64,000 nucleotides of DNA from Escherichia coli. Lineage in GTDB: Bacteria > Pseudomonadota > Gammaproteobacteria > Enterobacterales > Enterobacteriaceae. Below, piece after piece: positions 12,300 to 22,858 of the stretch (within the stretch, counting starts at the first letter, position 1; each line of letters opens with the position of its first letter). Made by a program: the position numbers and the translations under genes. The notes under the pieces are model-generated. The model did no database searches. It had not been told where the DNA came from and saw nothing but the letters and a program-made list of their open reading frames with translations. The stretch is taken from NCBI RefSeq assembly GCF_030013205.1, contig NZ_CP122648.1. One strand, 5' to 3'.

Positions 12300-12317
12300 T
12301 CTGTATAGTTATTTATT

Positions 12318-12352
12318 CACAGGAGTACCAGAGCGGTACTCCTGTTGGTTTT
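12318..12352. terminator. bidirectional rho-independent terminator between the convergent yhiD and chuV genes
   Basis: Perfect 10-bp stem caggagtacc/ggtactcctg with loop agagc, flanked by T-runs on both strands. Confidence 0.6.
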
Positions 12353-13121
12353 AATGATCGAGGACGATCAGTGGTGAATGGTTGGCAGGATCTTTAAGTA
12401 CGGTAATATCCGCGCCGTAGAGCATTGTCAGCGCCTGCTGTGTCAATACGTCCTGCGGTTTACCATTTGCGATAACCTTTCCTTTTTGCATTAATACAAT
12501 ACGGTCTGCATAACGCGCGGCAAGATTTAGATCGTGCAATACGCAGCAAACATTGAACTGCCGTTCGTGAACTAACTGGCGTAATAAACGGAACAAGTGC
12601 TGCTGATGGTGAATATCCAGCGCCGAAGTTGGTTCATCAAGAAATAACCATTTCGGTGAGGGAGTAGGTTCCCAGAGTTGCACCAGCAGGCGCGCTAATT
12701 GTACGCGCTGTTGTTCACCACCGGATAATTGCCGATAGTCGCGGTTTGCTAACGCCTGACAGTCACATAACGCCATTATTTGTGCTGTTTCATTATCCTG
12801 ATTACCAGTACGATGCGGATGCCGACCCATCTGGATAACTTCTTGTACGCTGAATGGAAACGCCATGTGGCTATTTTGACGCATCACGGCCCGGTGTTTC
12901 GCCAGTTCAGTAATCGACCATTCATTTAATGGCTTATTAAACAACCGACATTCGCCGCTATCAGGTTGAAGATAGCCGGTTAACTGGCGAAGCAGCGTAG
13001 ATTTTCCCGCACCATTAGGGCCGAGAATGGCAACAATTTCCCCACCGGGAAAAGTCAGCGAGACATTGTCAGTCAGACGCCGCCCCTGAAGGCTATAAAC
13101 CAGATTCTGGGCGCTGATCAT
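12351..13121 (-). CDS. chuV: haem ABC transporter ATP-binding protein
   Basis: Walker [13 protein letters not shown] signature LSGGEQQRV; the start at MISAQNLVY overlaps the chuU stop by 4 nt. Confidence 0.85.
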   Translation of the reverse strand: MISAQNLVYSLQGRRLTDNVSLTFPGGEIVAILGPNGAGKSTLLRQLTGYLQPDSGECRLFNKPLNEWSITELAKHRAVMRQNSHMAFPFSVQEVIQMGRHPHRTGNQDNETAQIMALCDCQALANRDYRQLSGGEQQRVQLARLLVQLWEPTPSPKWLFLDEPTSALDIHHQQHLFRLLRQLVHERQFNVCCVLHDLNLAARYADRIVLMQKGKVIANGKPQDVLTQQALTMLYGADITVLKDPANHSPLIVLDH

Positions 13122-14110
13122 GTGATCCTCCGGTTGCGCAGAATCAACCACATAAAATAAGGACCGCCAAGCAGGCTGGTTAATAATCCCACGGGCATTT
13201 CTGCTGGCTGTACCAGCGTGCGGGCAAGCGTGTCTGCCATCAGCAATAAACAGGCTCCGGCGAGGGCGGAGCAAGGGATTAGCCAGCGGTGATTTGCCCC
13301 GGTAGTCATACGAATCAGATGCGGGATCACCAGGCCAATAAAGCCGATAATGCCGCTTACCGATACGGCGGCACCAACGAGCAGTGAGCTCACTAACAGT
13401 AATTGCTGGCGTTTACGCTTAACGTTCACGCCGAGGTAGTGGGCTTCTTCATCACCGAGCTGCAGTAAATTCAGCGTTCCGGCGAGACAAGTTGTTGCGA
13501 TAATGGCCGGTAGGATGAATGAACTGGCAACCAATAACGTCGGCCATTGCGCCTTTCCAAGATTGCCCATCATCCACAATGTGAGTTGTCGTAGCTGCTG
13601 CTCATCGCCGATATAGCTCAGGATGCCGATCGCTGCGCCGCACAGGGCATTGATGGCGATACCGGCGAGTAATAATTGCATCATGCTGCCATCGCGATGG
13701 CGCTGCGTGATGAGAAAAATGATGGTGCAGACCACTAAACTTCCGGCAATGGCAAACACCATTTGCTCATAGAGCACCAGCACCACTGGGAAGGAGAAGG
13801 GCAGCACAATAGCAACGCCAACCATTAATGCAGAACCGCTACTGACGCCGAGTAATCCAGGGTCAGCCATTGGGTTGCGAAAAAGCCCCTGCATAATTAC
13901 CCCGGCGGTTGCCAACGCTGCACCTACCAGCACCGCCAGCAAAACCCGTGGTAGACGAATATTGAGCCAGATATCGCGGTATTCCTCATCAAAAAGGGCA
14001 TCAAAACTGATCTTTAACGCTCCCTGACTGGCACCGAACAGCACCAGGGCAAGCAATAATAGTGATAGCCCCATAAAGACCCTGGCGGATGAAAATGAAT
14101 CCTTGAGCAC
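13118..14110 (-). CDS. chuU: haem ABC transporter permease (FecCD family)
   Basis: 330 aa polytopic permease of BtuC/FecCD type. Confidence 0.85.
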   Translation of the reverse strand: MLKDSFSSARVFMGLSLLLLALVLFGASQGALKISFDALFDEEYRDIWLNIRLPRVLLAVLVGAALATAGVIMQGLFRNPMADPGLLGVSSGSALMVGVAIVLPFSFPVVLVLYEQMVFAIAGSLVVCTIIFLITQRHRDGSMMQLLLAGIAINALCGAAIGILSYIGDEQQLRQLTLWMMGNLGKAQWPTLLVASSFILPAIIATTCLAGTLNLLQLGDEEAHYLGVNVKRKRQQLLLVSSLLVGAAVSVSGIIGFIGLVIPHLIRMTTGANHRWLIPCSALAGACLLLMADTLARTLVQPAEMPVGLLTSLLGGPYFMWLILRNRRIT

Positions 14111-14160
14111 GCAAAACTCCGTTATGACGTTGCGGCGCGGAGAGTCTGCGCCGCATGGGA

Positions 14161-14784
14161 TTACGCCGGTTTCAGGTCAGGTTCAATCAGACTGTAGATC
14201 TGCTTGTTGAGTGCTGGCGCGTTTGCCAGTTCATGAATGTGTGCAGCGACATCGGCACGGTGAACAAAACCATGACACTCCTGATTTTGTATCCGTTGTG
14301 CTTTGCCCGTTGCCGCCCCATCAAGCAGACCGCCAGGGCGGAGAATGGCGTAATCAAGCTGGCTGGTTTGCAACCAGCTTTCCGCCAGCGTTTTTTCCCG
14401 TACCGCCTGACCAAACGCAGCCTTTGCCCGCTCCGATAAAAACGGCCAGCTATCGCCGCATCCCAAAGAGGTCACCAGAATCATGCGACTGATGCCGGCC
14501 TTTTCGGCCTCATCAATCACTGTTCTGTGCGCCAGATAATCCTGAGCTCCTCCCATTGTTGAGATGATAAGCGCATCCGGGCCAGCTGCGCGGCAAGCAG
14601 CCGCAACTACGCTGGCATCACAGGCGTCGCCTGTAAAAACCTGTACGCCTTGTTGCGCCAGTTTCGTGGCGGCATCGGCATGACGAACGACAGCAACGAC
14701 CGGACGTTGTTCCGCCAGCGCCAGTTCAAGCGTTCTGGCACCCACACCTTTTCCGCCTGCGCCAAAGAGTAGCCACGGCGTCAT
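14161..14784 (-). CDS. chuY: ChuY, NAD(P)-binding reductase-like protein of the haem-utilisation operon
   Basis: 207 aa ORF with a Rossmann-like N-terminus; start overlaps the chuX stop. Confidence 0.75.
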   Translation of the reverse strand: MTPWLLFGAGGKGVGARTLELALAEQRPVVAVVRHADAATKLAQQGVQVFTGDACDASVVAAACRAAGPDALIISTMGGAQDYLAHRTVIDEAEKAGISRMILVTSLGCGDSWPFLSERAKAAFGQAVREKTLAESWLQTSQLDYAILRPGGLLDGAATGKAQRIQNQECHGFVHRADVAAHIHELANAPALNKQIYSLIEPDLKPA

Positions 14785-15278
14785 CAGGCGTGTTCCTTTA
14801 ACGATGCCGCCAGAGCATGGAAAGCGTTGACCTGTTCGCTCAGGAGCTGACGATGGTCATCCCTGCCGAGGAAGATTTTCAGCATGGCGCTGCCTTCCTT
14901 ATTGAAAAAGAGAATAGAGGCGGTGTCCATGCCCATAAATTTACGTTCGATCAAGGCAATATGCGTGCAGTTTTCTGCTTTGATATGCCCGGACATGCCG
15001 TGCTTTCCGCGTAGGTTGAAATAGCCGTGGCGGTGGAAACCCGAAGGCAGTTCGCCGCTAAATTCGAGGATTACATCGGCAGTATGTACTAACGTGGTGA
15101 CGTTGCCCCATTCGCAGACGGTATCCCAGACAGTATCGAATTTATCGCCTGACACTATGGTAGAGGAGGGCAGATTTTTCACTACTTCCAGCAGTGTGGT
15201 GTTGTATTGTTCGGCTACCACCTCCAGCGTACCGTCCGGCTCCGTTTTCAAAAATTCTTGTAACGAGACATGGCTCAT
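14784..15278 (-). CDS. chuX: ChuX haem-binding/utilisation protein
   Basis: 164 aa ORF, MSHVSLQEFLKTEPDGTLEVVAEQYN; position in the chu operon. Confidence 0.8.
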   Translation of the reverse strand: MSHVSLQEFLKTEPDGTLEVVAEQYNTTLLEVVKNLPSSTIVSGDKFDTVWDTVCEWGNVTTLVHTADVILEFSGELPSGFHRHGYFNLRGKHGMSGHIKAENCTHIALIERKFMGMDTASILFFNKEGSAMLKIFLGRDDHRQLLSEQVNAFHALAASLKEHA

Positions 15279-15290
15279 AAATCACTCCTG

Positions 15291-16628
15291 TTATGGTTTT
15301 TCACGCACAATCGCTGGCGCATTAAGTACCTGAATTAGTTCATTAAGAGACTGCAAAATATTGCTTGCCCAGAAACGACCTTCATTAGTCAGCCGCAGGC
15401 AAGTTGAAGCATCGCGACTTAAGCCTTTTTGGTGCCATTGAGCCAGTAACGGCGCGAGTTTTTCGGCATGTGGCGTAAGTTCATCCAGCGGTACACGCGC
15501 TGTTTCAACACCTGACTGCAAGGTATGACGCCATTGCGCATCACGTTCGGCGTTACGCATGATCATCATCAGCGGTTTTTTGCCTGCCGCGACGGATTCA
15601 TGCCAGGTCTGAAGATTGCGTTCGTTCATCCAGGAGTAACCATTAATCGAACCGCCGGCTCCGGAACCAAAGGCCAGACAATCGGCACCTTGTTTAATCA
15701 GCAGGTTATAGAGATTGCGTTCGCGTGTGGTACGGCCCCAGTGGCTGTTACTGATGCAGCGCCAACCGGCTTCGTCCATGAAGTCACACCCTTGCAGATA
15801 AAGATCGCGACGTTCTGCCGGAGAGGGCACGGTAGTACGCCCATTTTCCACGGCTTTGCCCAGCGGTGTATTGGGCAGGACATTGAGCGCATAGAGATCG
15901 ACGCCGTCGAGACCGATATCGCGAGCAATAGCCAGATCTTCTCCCCAGGTTTGCGCATCCTGACCCGGCAGGCCAAACAGCAGGTCACAGACCACCGCTG
16001 CACGGTCGCGTTTGACCAGGCTTTCCATAAACGCAATGGCGGTTGGGCCATCCGAGGTGCGGGCCATTTTCTTGCGGATTTTGCTGTTAAACGACTGAAT
16101 ACCAATTGAGAAGCGGTTTGCTCCTGCATCAAGGCAAGCATCGATTCGCTCAGCGTCAAAATTCAGTACCCGGCCTTCGATAGTGATTTCACAATCAGGG
16201 GTCAGTGGCAGCTTTTCTCGTAATGTATTGATAATTCTGGCTAAATCGTGTGCAGAAAGCGCGGAAGGCGTGCCGCCACCGAAATAGACCGCGTGGATGG
16301 GGGCAGACTGATGCAATACGCTGTCCGCTTCCATTTCTATTTCACGAATCAGGGCGTCGGTATAATGAGCACACGCATCTTCATTAAAACGGTTCTGATA
16401 AAAACCACAAAACGTGCAGTGTGTCGCACAAAAAGGAATGTGTAGATAAACCAGTCGCTTACGTGGTGATACCGTTTGATTGATCATCTCTTGCCAGGTC
16501 TGTGCCAGTTGCTCTTTGGCAACCGGAATGGCTCCACGAAACGGCATCATGGCGCGCCTGTCTTTAAATGGCTGATCACCGTCTAAAGCAAAATGTGGCG
16601 TGAGATCCAGGGTGTTATTTGCGTTCAT
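15291..16628 (-). CDS. chuW: ChuW, radical-SAM HemN-like anaerobic haem-degrading enzyme
   Basis: 445 aa ORF with CxxxCxxC radical-SAM motif (CATHCTFCGF). Confidence 0.85.
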   Translation of the reverse strand: MNANNTLDLTPHFALDGDQPFKDRRAMMPFRGAIPVAKEQLAQTWQEMINQTVSPRKRLVYLHIPFCATHCTFCGFYQNRFNEDACAHYTDALIREIEMEADSVLHQSAPIHAVYFGGGTPSALSAHDLARIINTLREKLPLTPDCEITIEGRVLNFDAERIDACLDAGANRFSIGIQSFNSKIRKKMARTSDGPTAIAFMESLVKRDRAAVVCDLLFGLPGQDAQTWGEDLAIARDIGLDGVDLYALNVLPNTPLGKAVENGRTTVPSPAERRDLYLQGCDFMDEAGWRCISNSHWGRTTRERNLYNLLIKQGADCLAFGSGAGGSINGYSWMNERNLQTWHESVAAGKKPLMMIMRNAERDAQWRHTLQSGVETARVPLDELTPHAEKLAPLLAQWHQKGLSRDASTCLRLTNEGRFWASNILQSLNELIQVLNAPAIVREKP

Positions 16629-16647
16629 TCGTCTGATTTAAATCCAT

Positions 16648-17562
16648 TTATTGCGGCCAAAGCTGCTGGTGTAAAGACTCAACGACATCAGCAATACGCG
16701 GACCCATTCCCAGAATCAGGTTTTGATCAACGGTGATAATGCGCTGGTTTTTCCATGCGGCAGTGTGGGTAATTCCGGCAATAGAACGTAGCCGATTAAT
16801 ATCGCCATCGACCATTTGTGAGGTTACGACAATCACTTCTGGATTGGCCGCAATCAGTGATTCTGCACTGTAGCTTTTGTACTGCTGGTGGGTTGCGACG
16901 TTTTCTGCTCCGGCAAGCGAAAGAATGGCGTCCGCGACGCTGCCTTTACCGGCAACTTGTGGCGCACTTCCGCCTGCGGAGAGAATAAACATGGCTTTAA
17001 CCGGGGCTTTTTTGGCCGCCACGTTTTGCTGTACTCGCTCCAGGCGTTGGTTGATCTGTGTCACCAGCGCCTCGCCTTGTTCAGGAACCTGTAGCGTTTT
17101 TGCCAGTTGGCGAATGTTGGCGTACATCTGCTCAAGGGTGGCAGGCACACGCGGCAGGGTAACGACGTTGACTTTCTGCGCCCGTAGTTGGTCGAGCACA
17201 ATTTGCGGTCCAGCATCCTGCCAGGTAATTACGCTATCCGGGCGAAGTGACAAAATGCCTTCGCTGCTGAGTTGTTTCCAGTAGCCAATATGCGGCAGTT
17301 TGGCGGTTTCTGGTGGATAAGATGTCGTTTCATCGACACCAACCACGCGTTCGCCAGCGCCCATCGCGTAGATTAGCTCCGTCAGCGATCCTCCTGCGAC
17401 CACGATACGTTCGGCAGCCGTTACGCTAAAAGCCCAGCTAAGAGCCAGTACTGCCGTAAACAATTTTTTTCGTTTTACCGCGGTCTTCGCGGCAGAGGCC
17501 ACGGCTGAAATACATAACGTTAGTGGGGAAAAAAGAAACGGCCTGGTGATGATCCTTGGCAT
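16648..17562 (-). CDS. chuT: periplasmic haem-binding protein ChuT (start codon uncertain; the ORF track extends to 17640)
   Basis: Class III periplasmic binding-protein fold; the Met at 17562 gives 304 aa and places a Fur-box-like site just upstream. Confidence 0.75.
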   Translation of the reverse strand: MPRIITRPFLFSPLTLCISAVASAAKTAVKRKKLFTAVLALSWAFSVTAAERIVVAGGSLTELIYAMGAGERVVGVDETTSYPPETAKLPHIGYWKQLSSEGILSLRPDSVITWQDAGPQIVLDQLRAQKVNVVTLPRVPATLEQMYANIRQLAKTLQVPEQGEALVTQINQRLERVQQNVAAKKAPVKAMFILSAGGSAPQVAGKGSVADAILSLAGAENVATHQQYKSYSAESLIAANPEVIVVTSQMVDGDINRLRSIAGITHTAAWKNQRIITVDQNLILGMGPRIADVVESLHQQLWPQ

Positions 17563-17585
17563 AATATGAGAACTCTTATCAAATT

Positions 17586-17604
17586 GAGAATGATCATGAT
17601 TATC
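17586..17604. promoter_or_regulatory. Fur-box-like site upstream of chuT
   Basis: gagaatgatcatgattatc matches the 19-bp Fur consensus GATAATGATAATCATTATC at 16 of 19 positions. Confidence 0.5.
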
Positions 17605-17936
17605 ATTTGGGTTATATATGAAATACAACCGTCGATTCAATACGTAAGGCGTTACAAGCGTATTTATTTTTGATTTTTATCAAGATGCTTCGTCAGCTAA
17701 CGTTCTTGTTACCGACTAAATTTCAGCGCGGGAAAAAGCTGAGAACCCAGAGATATCAAGGCTTGCAGAGCAAAGCGAAGAGAAAATTATCACTGTTAAC
17801 GACAAAGTTTAGTGATGAGGTCATGGGGGAATAACCATAAAAACAAAGTGGTTTCCAGGGCGCAGGATAAGTTTCATAACCCCCTGTTTATTGTGTTAAT
17901 GGCGGTTAAAAAAAGCTTGATCATAAAAAATTGATC

Positions 17937-17955
17937 GATAATAATTCTCATTATC
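17937..17955. promoter_or_regulatory. Fur-box-like site in the chuA promoter region, about 290 nt upstream of the chuA start
   Basis: gataataattctcattatc matches the Fur consensus at 16 of 19 positions. Confidence 0.5.
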
Positions 17956-18244
17956 ACGTTTGCGCTTAACAAAACACGACCATATGGATAACAAAACCAT
18001 AGCATTTGCAAGGGATAACGCACAGCGCTCTTCACTCCTGATGGGGCATATCGTTTTGCCTGACAAAGAGGGCGTGCTTTTGCGTATTTGCCGAGATACC
18101 AGGCAATTTCATGGGATATAAACGCCTGTAAACTCACCCGGCGAATATTATCGCTCTGAATTTTAAATAAATTTATTTTTCGCCAGCCACCCCGGTATTA
18201 ACCCAGGCAGCCAGCATTTTTTATTTTCCTCATGGAGAATCGCT

Positions 18245-20227
18245 ATGTCACGTCCGCAATTTACCTCGTTGCGTTTGAGTTTGTTGGCTTTGGCTGTTTC
18301 TGCCACCTTGCCAACGTTTGCTTTTGCTACTGAAACCATGACCGTTACGGCAACGGGGAATGCCCGTAGTTCCTTCGAAGCGCCTATGATGGTCAGCGTC
18401 ATCGACACTTCCGCTCCTGAAAATCAAACGGCTACTTCAGCCACCGATCTGCTGCGTCATGTTCCTGGAATTACTCTTGATGGTACCGGACGAACCAACG
18501 GTCAGGATGTAAATATGCGTGGCTATGATCATCGCGGCGTGCTGGTTCTTGTCGATGGTGTTCGCCAGGGAACGGATACCGGACACCTGAATGGTACTTT
18601 TCTTGATCCGGCGCTGATCAAGCGTGTTGAGATTGTTCGCGGACCTTCAGCATTACTGTATGGCAGTGGCGCGCTGGGTGGAGTGATCTCCTACGATACG
18701 GTCGATGCAAAAGATTTATTGCAGGAAGGACAAAGTAGTGGTTTTCGTGTCTTTGGTACTGGCGGCACGGGGGACCATAGCCTGGGATTAGGCGCGAGCG
18801 CGTTTGGGCGAACTGAAAATCTGGATGGTATTGTGGCCTGGTCCAGTCGCGATCGGGGTGATTTACGCCAGAGCAATGGTGAAACCGCGCCGAATGACGA
18901 GTCCATTAATAACATGCTGGCGAAAGGGACCTGGCAAATTGATTCAGCCCAGTCTCTGAGCGGTTTAGTGCGTTACTACAACAACGACGCGCGTGAACCA
19001 AAAAATCCGCAGACCGTTGAAGCTTCTGATAGCAGCAACCCGATGGTTGATCGTTCTACAATTCAACGCGATGCGCAGCTTTCTTATAAACTCGCCCCGC
19101 AGGGCAACGACTGGTTAAATGCAGATGCAAAAATTTACTGGTCGGAAGTCCGTATTAATGCGCAAAACACGGGGAGTTCCGGCGAGTATCGTGAACAGAT
19201 AACAAAAGGAGCAAGGCTGGAGAACCGTTCCACTCTATTTGCCGACAGTTTCGCTTCTCACTTACTGACATATGGCGGTGAGTATTATCGTCAGGAACAA
19301 CATCCGGGCGGCGCGACGACGGGCTTCCCGCAAGCAAAAATCGATTTTAGCTCTGGCTGGCTACAGGATGAGATCACCTTACGCGATCTGCCGATTACCC
19401 TGCTTGGCGGAACCCGCTATGACAGTTATCGCGGTAGCAGCGACGGCTACAAAGATGTTGATGCTGACAAATGGTCATCTCGTGCGGGGATGACTATCAA
19501 CCCGACCAACTGGCTGATGTTATTTGGCTCATATGCCCAGGCATTCCGCGCCCCGACGATGGGCGAAATGTATAACGATTCTAAGCACTTCTCGATTGGT
19601 CGCTTCTATACCAACTATTGGGTGCCAAACCCGAACTTACGTCCGGAAACTAACGAAACTCAGGAGTACGGTTTTGGGCTGCGTTTTGATGACCTGATGT
19701 TGTCCAATGATGCCCTGGAATTTAAAGCCAGCTACTTTGATACCAAAGCGAAGGATTACATCTCCACGACCGTCGATTTCGCGGCGGCGACGACTATGTC
19801 GTATAACGTCCCGAACGCCAAAATCTGGGGCTGGGATGTGATGACGAAATATACCACTGATCTGTTTAGCCTTGATGTGGCCTATAACCGAACCCGCGGC
19901 AAAGACACCGATACCGGCGAATATATCTCCAGTATTAACCCGGATACCGTTACCAGTACCCTGAATATTCCGATCGCTCATAGTGGCTTCTCTGTTGGTT
20001 GGGTCGGTACGTTTGCCGATCGCTCAACACATATCAGCAGCAGCTACAGCAAACAACCTGGCTATGGCGTGAATGATTTCTACGTCAGTTATCAAGGACA
20101 ACAGGCGCTCAAAGGCATGACCACTACTTTGGTGTTGGGTAACGCTTTCGACAAAGAGTACTGGTCGCCACAAGGCATCCCACAGGATGGTCGTAATGGA
20201 AAAATTTTCGTGAGTTATCAATGGTAA
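18245..20227 (+). CDS. chuA: TonB-dependent outer-membrane haem/haemoglobin receptor
   Basis: 660 aa ORF with signal peptide, TonB box (ETMTVTA) and C-terminal terminal Phe/Trp beta-barrel signature (…FVSYQW). Confidence 0.92.
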   Translation: MSRPQFTSLRLSLLALAVSATLPTFAFATETMTVTATGNARSSFEAPMMVSVIDTSAPENQTATSATDLLRHVPGITLDGTGRTNGQDVNMRGYDHRGVLVLVDGVRQGTDTGHLNGTFLDPALIKRVEIVRGPSALLYGSGALGGVISYDTVDAKDLLQEGQSSGFRVFGTGGTGDHSLGLGASAFGRTENLDGIVAWSSRDRGDLRQSNGETAPNDESINNMLAKGTWQIDSAQSLSGLVRYYNNDAREPKNPQTVEASDSSNPMVDRSTIQRDAQLSYKLAPQGNDWLNADAKIYWSEVRINAQNTGSSGEYREQITKGARLENRSTLFADSFASHLLTYGGEYYRQEQHPGGATTGFPQAKIDFSSGWLQDEITLRDLPITLLGGTRYDSYRGSSDGYKDVDADKWSSRAGMTINPTNWLMLFGSYAQAFRAPTMGEMYNDSKHFSIGRFYTNYWVPNPNLRPETNETQEYGFGLRFDDLMLSNDALEFKASYFDTKAKDYISTTVDFAAATTMSYNVPNAKIWGWDVMTKYTTDLFSLDVAYNRTRGKDTDTGEYISSINPDTVTSTLNIPIAHSGFSVGWVGTFADRSTHISSSYSKQPGYGVNDFYVSYQGQQALKGMTTTLVLGNAFDKEYWSPQGIPQDGRNGKIFVSYQW

Positions 20228-20275
20228 TCATCTGCCCCGATATTTCGGGGCATTTATCTGGAAGGAAGAGAGACA

Positions 20276-21304
20276 ATGAACCACTACACACGCTGGCTTG
20301 AGTTAAAAGAACAAAATCCCGGAAAGTACGCGCGTGACATCGCAGGTTTAATGAATATTAGCGAAGCAGAACTGGCATTTGCGCGCGTCACGCACGATGC
20401 GTGGCGGATGTGCGGCGATATCCGTGACATTCTGGCGGCGCTCGAAAGTGTTGGCGAGACCAAATGTATTTGTCGTAATGAATATGCAGTCCATGAGCAA
20501 GTTGGTGCGTTCACAAACCAGCATTTGAACGGACATGCCGGATTGATCCTCAATCCGCGCGCGCTGGATTTGCGTCTGTTTCTCAATCAATGGGCCAGTG
20601 TTTTTCACATTAAAGAAAATACGACTCGTGGCGAACGCCAGAGTATTCAGTTCTTTGATCATCAGGGCGATGCATTACTAAAAGTTTATGCCACCGACAA
20701 TACCGATATGGCGGCATGGAGTGAGCTTCTGGCACGGTTTATCACCGATGAGAATACGTCGCTTGAGTTAAAAGCCGTTGATGCGCCAGTTGTTCAAACG
20801 CGAGCCGATGCCAGTGTGGTCGAGCAAGAGTGGCGGGCGATGACCGACGTTCATCAGTTTTTTACGTTGCTCAAGCGCCACAACCTGACGCGCCAACAGG
20901 CGTTCAATCTGGTGGCAGATGATTTGGCCTGCAAAGTATCCAACAGTGCGTTGGCGCAAATTCTTGAATCTGCACAGCAGGATGGCAATGAAATCATGGT
21001 GTTTGTTGGCAACCGTGGCTGCGTACAGATTTTCACCGGTGTGGTAGAAAAAGTGGTGCCAATGAAAGGTTGGCTGAATATTTTTAACCCGACGTTTACT
21101 CTTCATCTATTAGAAGAGAGCATTGCTGAAACCTGGGTAACCCGTAAACCTGCTAGTGACGGTTATGTGACCAGTCTGGAATTGTTTGCCCATGATGGTA
21201 CGCAGATAGCGCAACTTTATGGTCAACGTACAGAAGGCGAACAGGAGCAAGCGCAATGGCGTAAGCAAATTGCTTCGCTGATACCGGAAGGCGTTACTGC
21301 ATAA
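20276..21304 (+). CDS. chuS: haem oxygenase / haemin-degrading protein ChuS
   Basis: 342 aa ORF of HemS/ChuS type, immediately after chuA. Confidence 0.9.
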   Translation: MNHYTRWLELKEQNPGKYARDIAGLMNISEAELAFARVTHDAWRMCGDIRDILAALESVGETKCICRNEYAVHEQVGAFTNQHLNGHAGLILNPRALDLRLFLNQWASVFHIKENTTRGERQSIQFFDHQGDALLKVYATDNTDMAAWSELLARFITDENTSLELKAVDAPVVQTRADASVVEQEWRAMTDVHQFFTLLKRHNLTRQQAFNLVADDLACKVSNSALAQILESAQQDGNEIMVFVGNRGCVQIFTGVVEKVVPMKGWLNIFNPTFTLHLLEESIAETWVTRKPASDGYVTSLELFAHDGTQIAQLYGQRTEGEQEQAQWRKQIASLIPEGVTA

Positions 21305-21364
21305 CGTATAATTAACGGGAGGTCTGGCTATTTATTGCTGGGCCTCTTTATATTAATCAATCGA

Positions 21365-21895
21365 TCACACCAGATAATCAATATGCTGATGGCGTACCAA
21401 CTCATTGATCCGCTTAAGATTGAGGATCATCATGATATTGTGTTTATGGCAGTAGAACGTTTTTAGCGATATTTTCAGTTTCTCCAGAATATCTTCCGTT
21501 GTCATTTGATTCGCAATGCAGCTCAGAACCTGATGCTGCTTGCGCGAAAGGGACACATCCGCTTCAGGCACAGAGCAGTAACTGCCATTGATGAGTGCGA
21601 CAAAGTCGATGATGGTGATAGTTCGCGGAACAAAGGTCACCGGTACTTTCCCCAGGCAGCGTTTAATATTAAAGGGAGAGAAAATAATCACATGGACAGG
21701 TTTTAATCGTTCAATTTGAGTGAGCAAATTAGAATGAAATACATTATTCATTAATGTATCAATAATGACGAAGGCATGCTGATGCAACATTACGTCGATC
21801 TCTTCTTCGTTCTGTATATGAACGACATTACCTTTACTCAGAATGTTTTTCATCGCAGTGAAGAACATCGTATCCCTGGTAATTATAAGAAACAT
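21365..21895 (-). CDS. dctR: LuxR-family regulator DctR (YhiF)
   Basis: 176 aa ORF with a C-terminal LuxR HTH; downstream of slp. Confidence 0.85.
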   Translation of the reverse strand: MFLIITRDTMFFTAMKNILSKGNVVHIQNEEEIDVMLHQHAFVIIDTLMNNVFHSNLLTQIERLKPVHVIIFSPFNIKRCLGKVPVTFVPRTITIIDFVALINGSYCSVPEADVSLSRKQHQVLSCIANQMTTEDILEKLKISLKTFYCHKHNIMMILNLKRINELVRHQHIDYLV

Positions 21896-22047
21896 AACCG
21901 ACTCCTGGTGCGGACATTAACTTTATAATCAGTTTGCCAAAGGTAATTAACAGGACAGGGCTTATAATAATAGTTAGCTGGCTGTGTATTAATTTGATGT
22001 AATGCATGATGCAGATGCTGAGAAAGCATCTGCATCTCTCGGTGGTG

Positions 22048-22614
22048 TTATTTGACCAGCTCAGGTGTTACCTGACTCACCGCATTGGTGTAGTAAGGCG
22101 CGCCCCAGCCTGGTTCCGGCCAGAATGCACCATAGCCGTAATCCCACAGGTTATAGGTGGTATTAACCATTTCTCTCAAATGCCACACCTGAATGCCCTG
22201 CATATTCACTTCCAGGAAGTTATACGGGACTTTATTGATAAAGCCAGGTTGTTCACCCTGAATGGTACCGAGGATGGTAACAAAGTGATTACGATAGTTC
22301 ACTGGATCAAGGAAGCCGCTTTGTCTGGCGAGCAGTCGGCCCTGATAGTTGGCTTCAATATCAGGCTTCGCATAGCTATCCAACGGTAATACAGCGATTT
22401 CTAACAACGTATCCGTTTTGCCATTGATAACGTTGATAACCTTCCCACCAAAGCGCGCTTGTTGACCAACATATAACCCCGGCTGGTTATGAACAGCAAC
22501 AAAACTTTTTTGAATATCAGGTTGGTTATTGCCTTTGATATTTTGCGGAATTGAACTACATGCGGCAAGCAAAAATGAAAGGCTGAGGATGAGTGCACCT
22601 TTTGTCATGTTCAT
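22048..22614 (-). CDS. slp: starvation-inducible outer-membrane lipoprotein Slp
   Basis: 188 aa from MNMTKGALILSLSFLLAACSS (lipobox LAAC); the ORF track's upstream extension is ignored. Confidence 0.88.
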   Translation of the reverse strand: MNMTKGALILSLSFLLAACSSIPQNIKGNNQPDIQKSFVAVHNQPGLYVGQQARFGGKVINVINGKTDTLLEIAVLPLDSYAKPDIEANYQGRLLARQSGFLDPVNYRNHFVTILGTIQGEQPGFINKVPYNFLEVNMQGIQVWHLREMVNTTYNLWDYGYGAFWPEPGWGAPYYTNAVSQVTPELVK

Positions 22615-22858
22615 GTTACTATCCTTATCAACAAATATTAAAACCATAATAGATATTTCTTTATAGTTTTCATCTGATTCTGAGGCGATATGCCTGATAG
22701 TAACGTAAACCTGTCTGATGTTTATATCCCTTCTGTTTAGTTTAATTCTGTTAATTTTGGGGCGTGACATGAGTATCCATCGCCCCATAAAATAGCCTTT
22801 TTTTAAAGGTACATAAAATCTATTTTTATTCAATGATTATAAAGTGCTAATGTTCATA

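Noticed and set aside
16648-17640. The ORF track's 330 aa chuT with N-terminus MNRRLYFIYNPNDNHDH…
   Set aside because: The extension runs through a Fur-box-like site and AT-rich promoter DNA; the internal Met at 17562 (304 aa) is more plausible.
22615-22833. N-terminal extension of slp to 261 aa in the ORF track
   Set aside because: Slp begins at the lipoprotein signal MNMTKGALILSLSFLLAACSS; the upstream part is promoter DNA that happens to be in frame.
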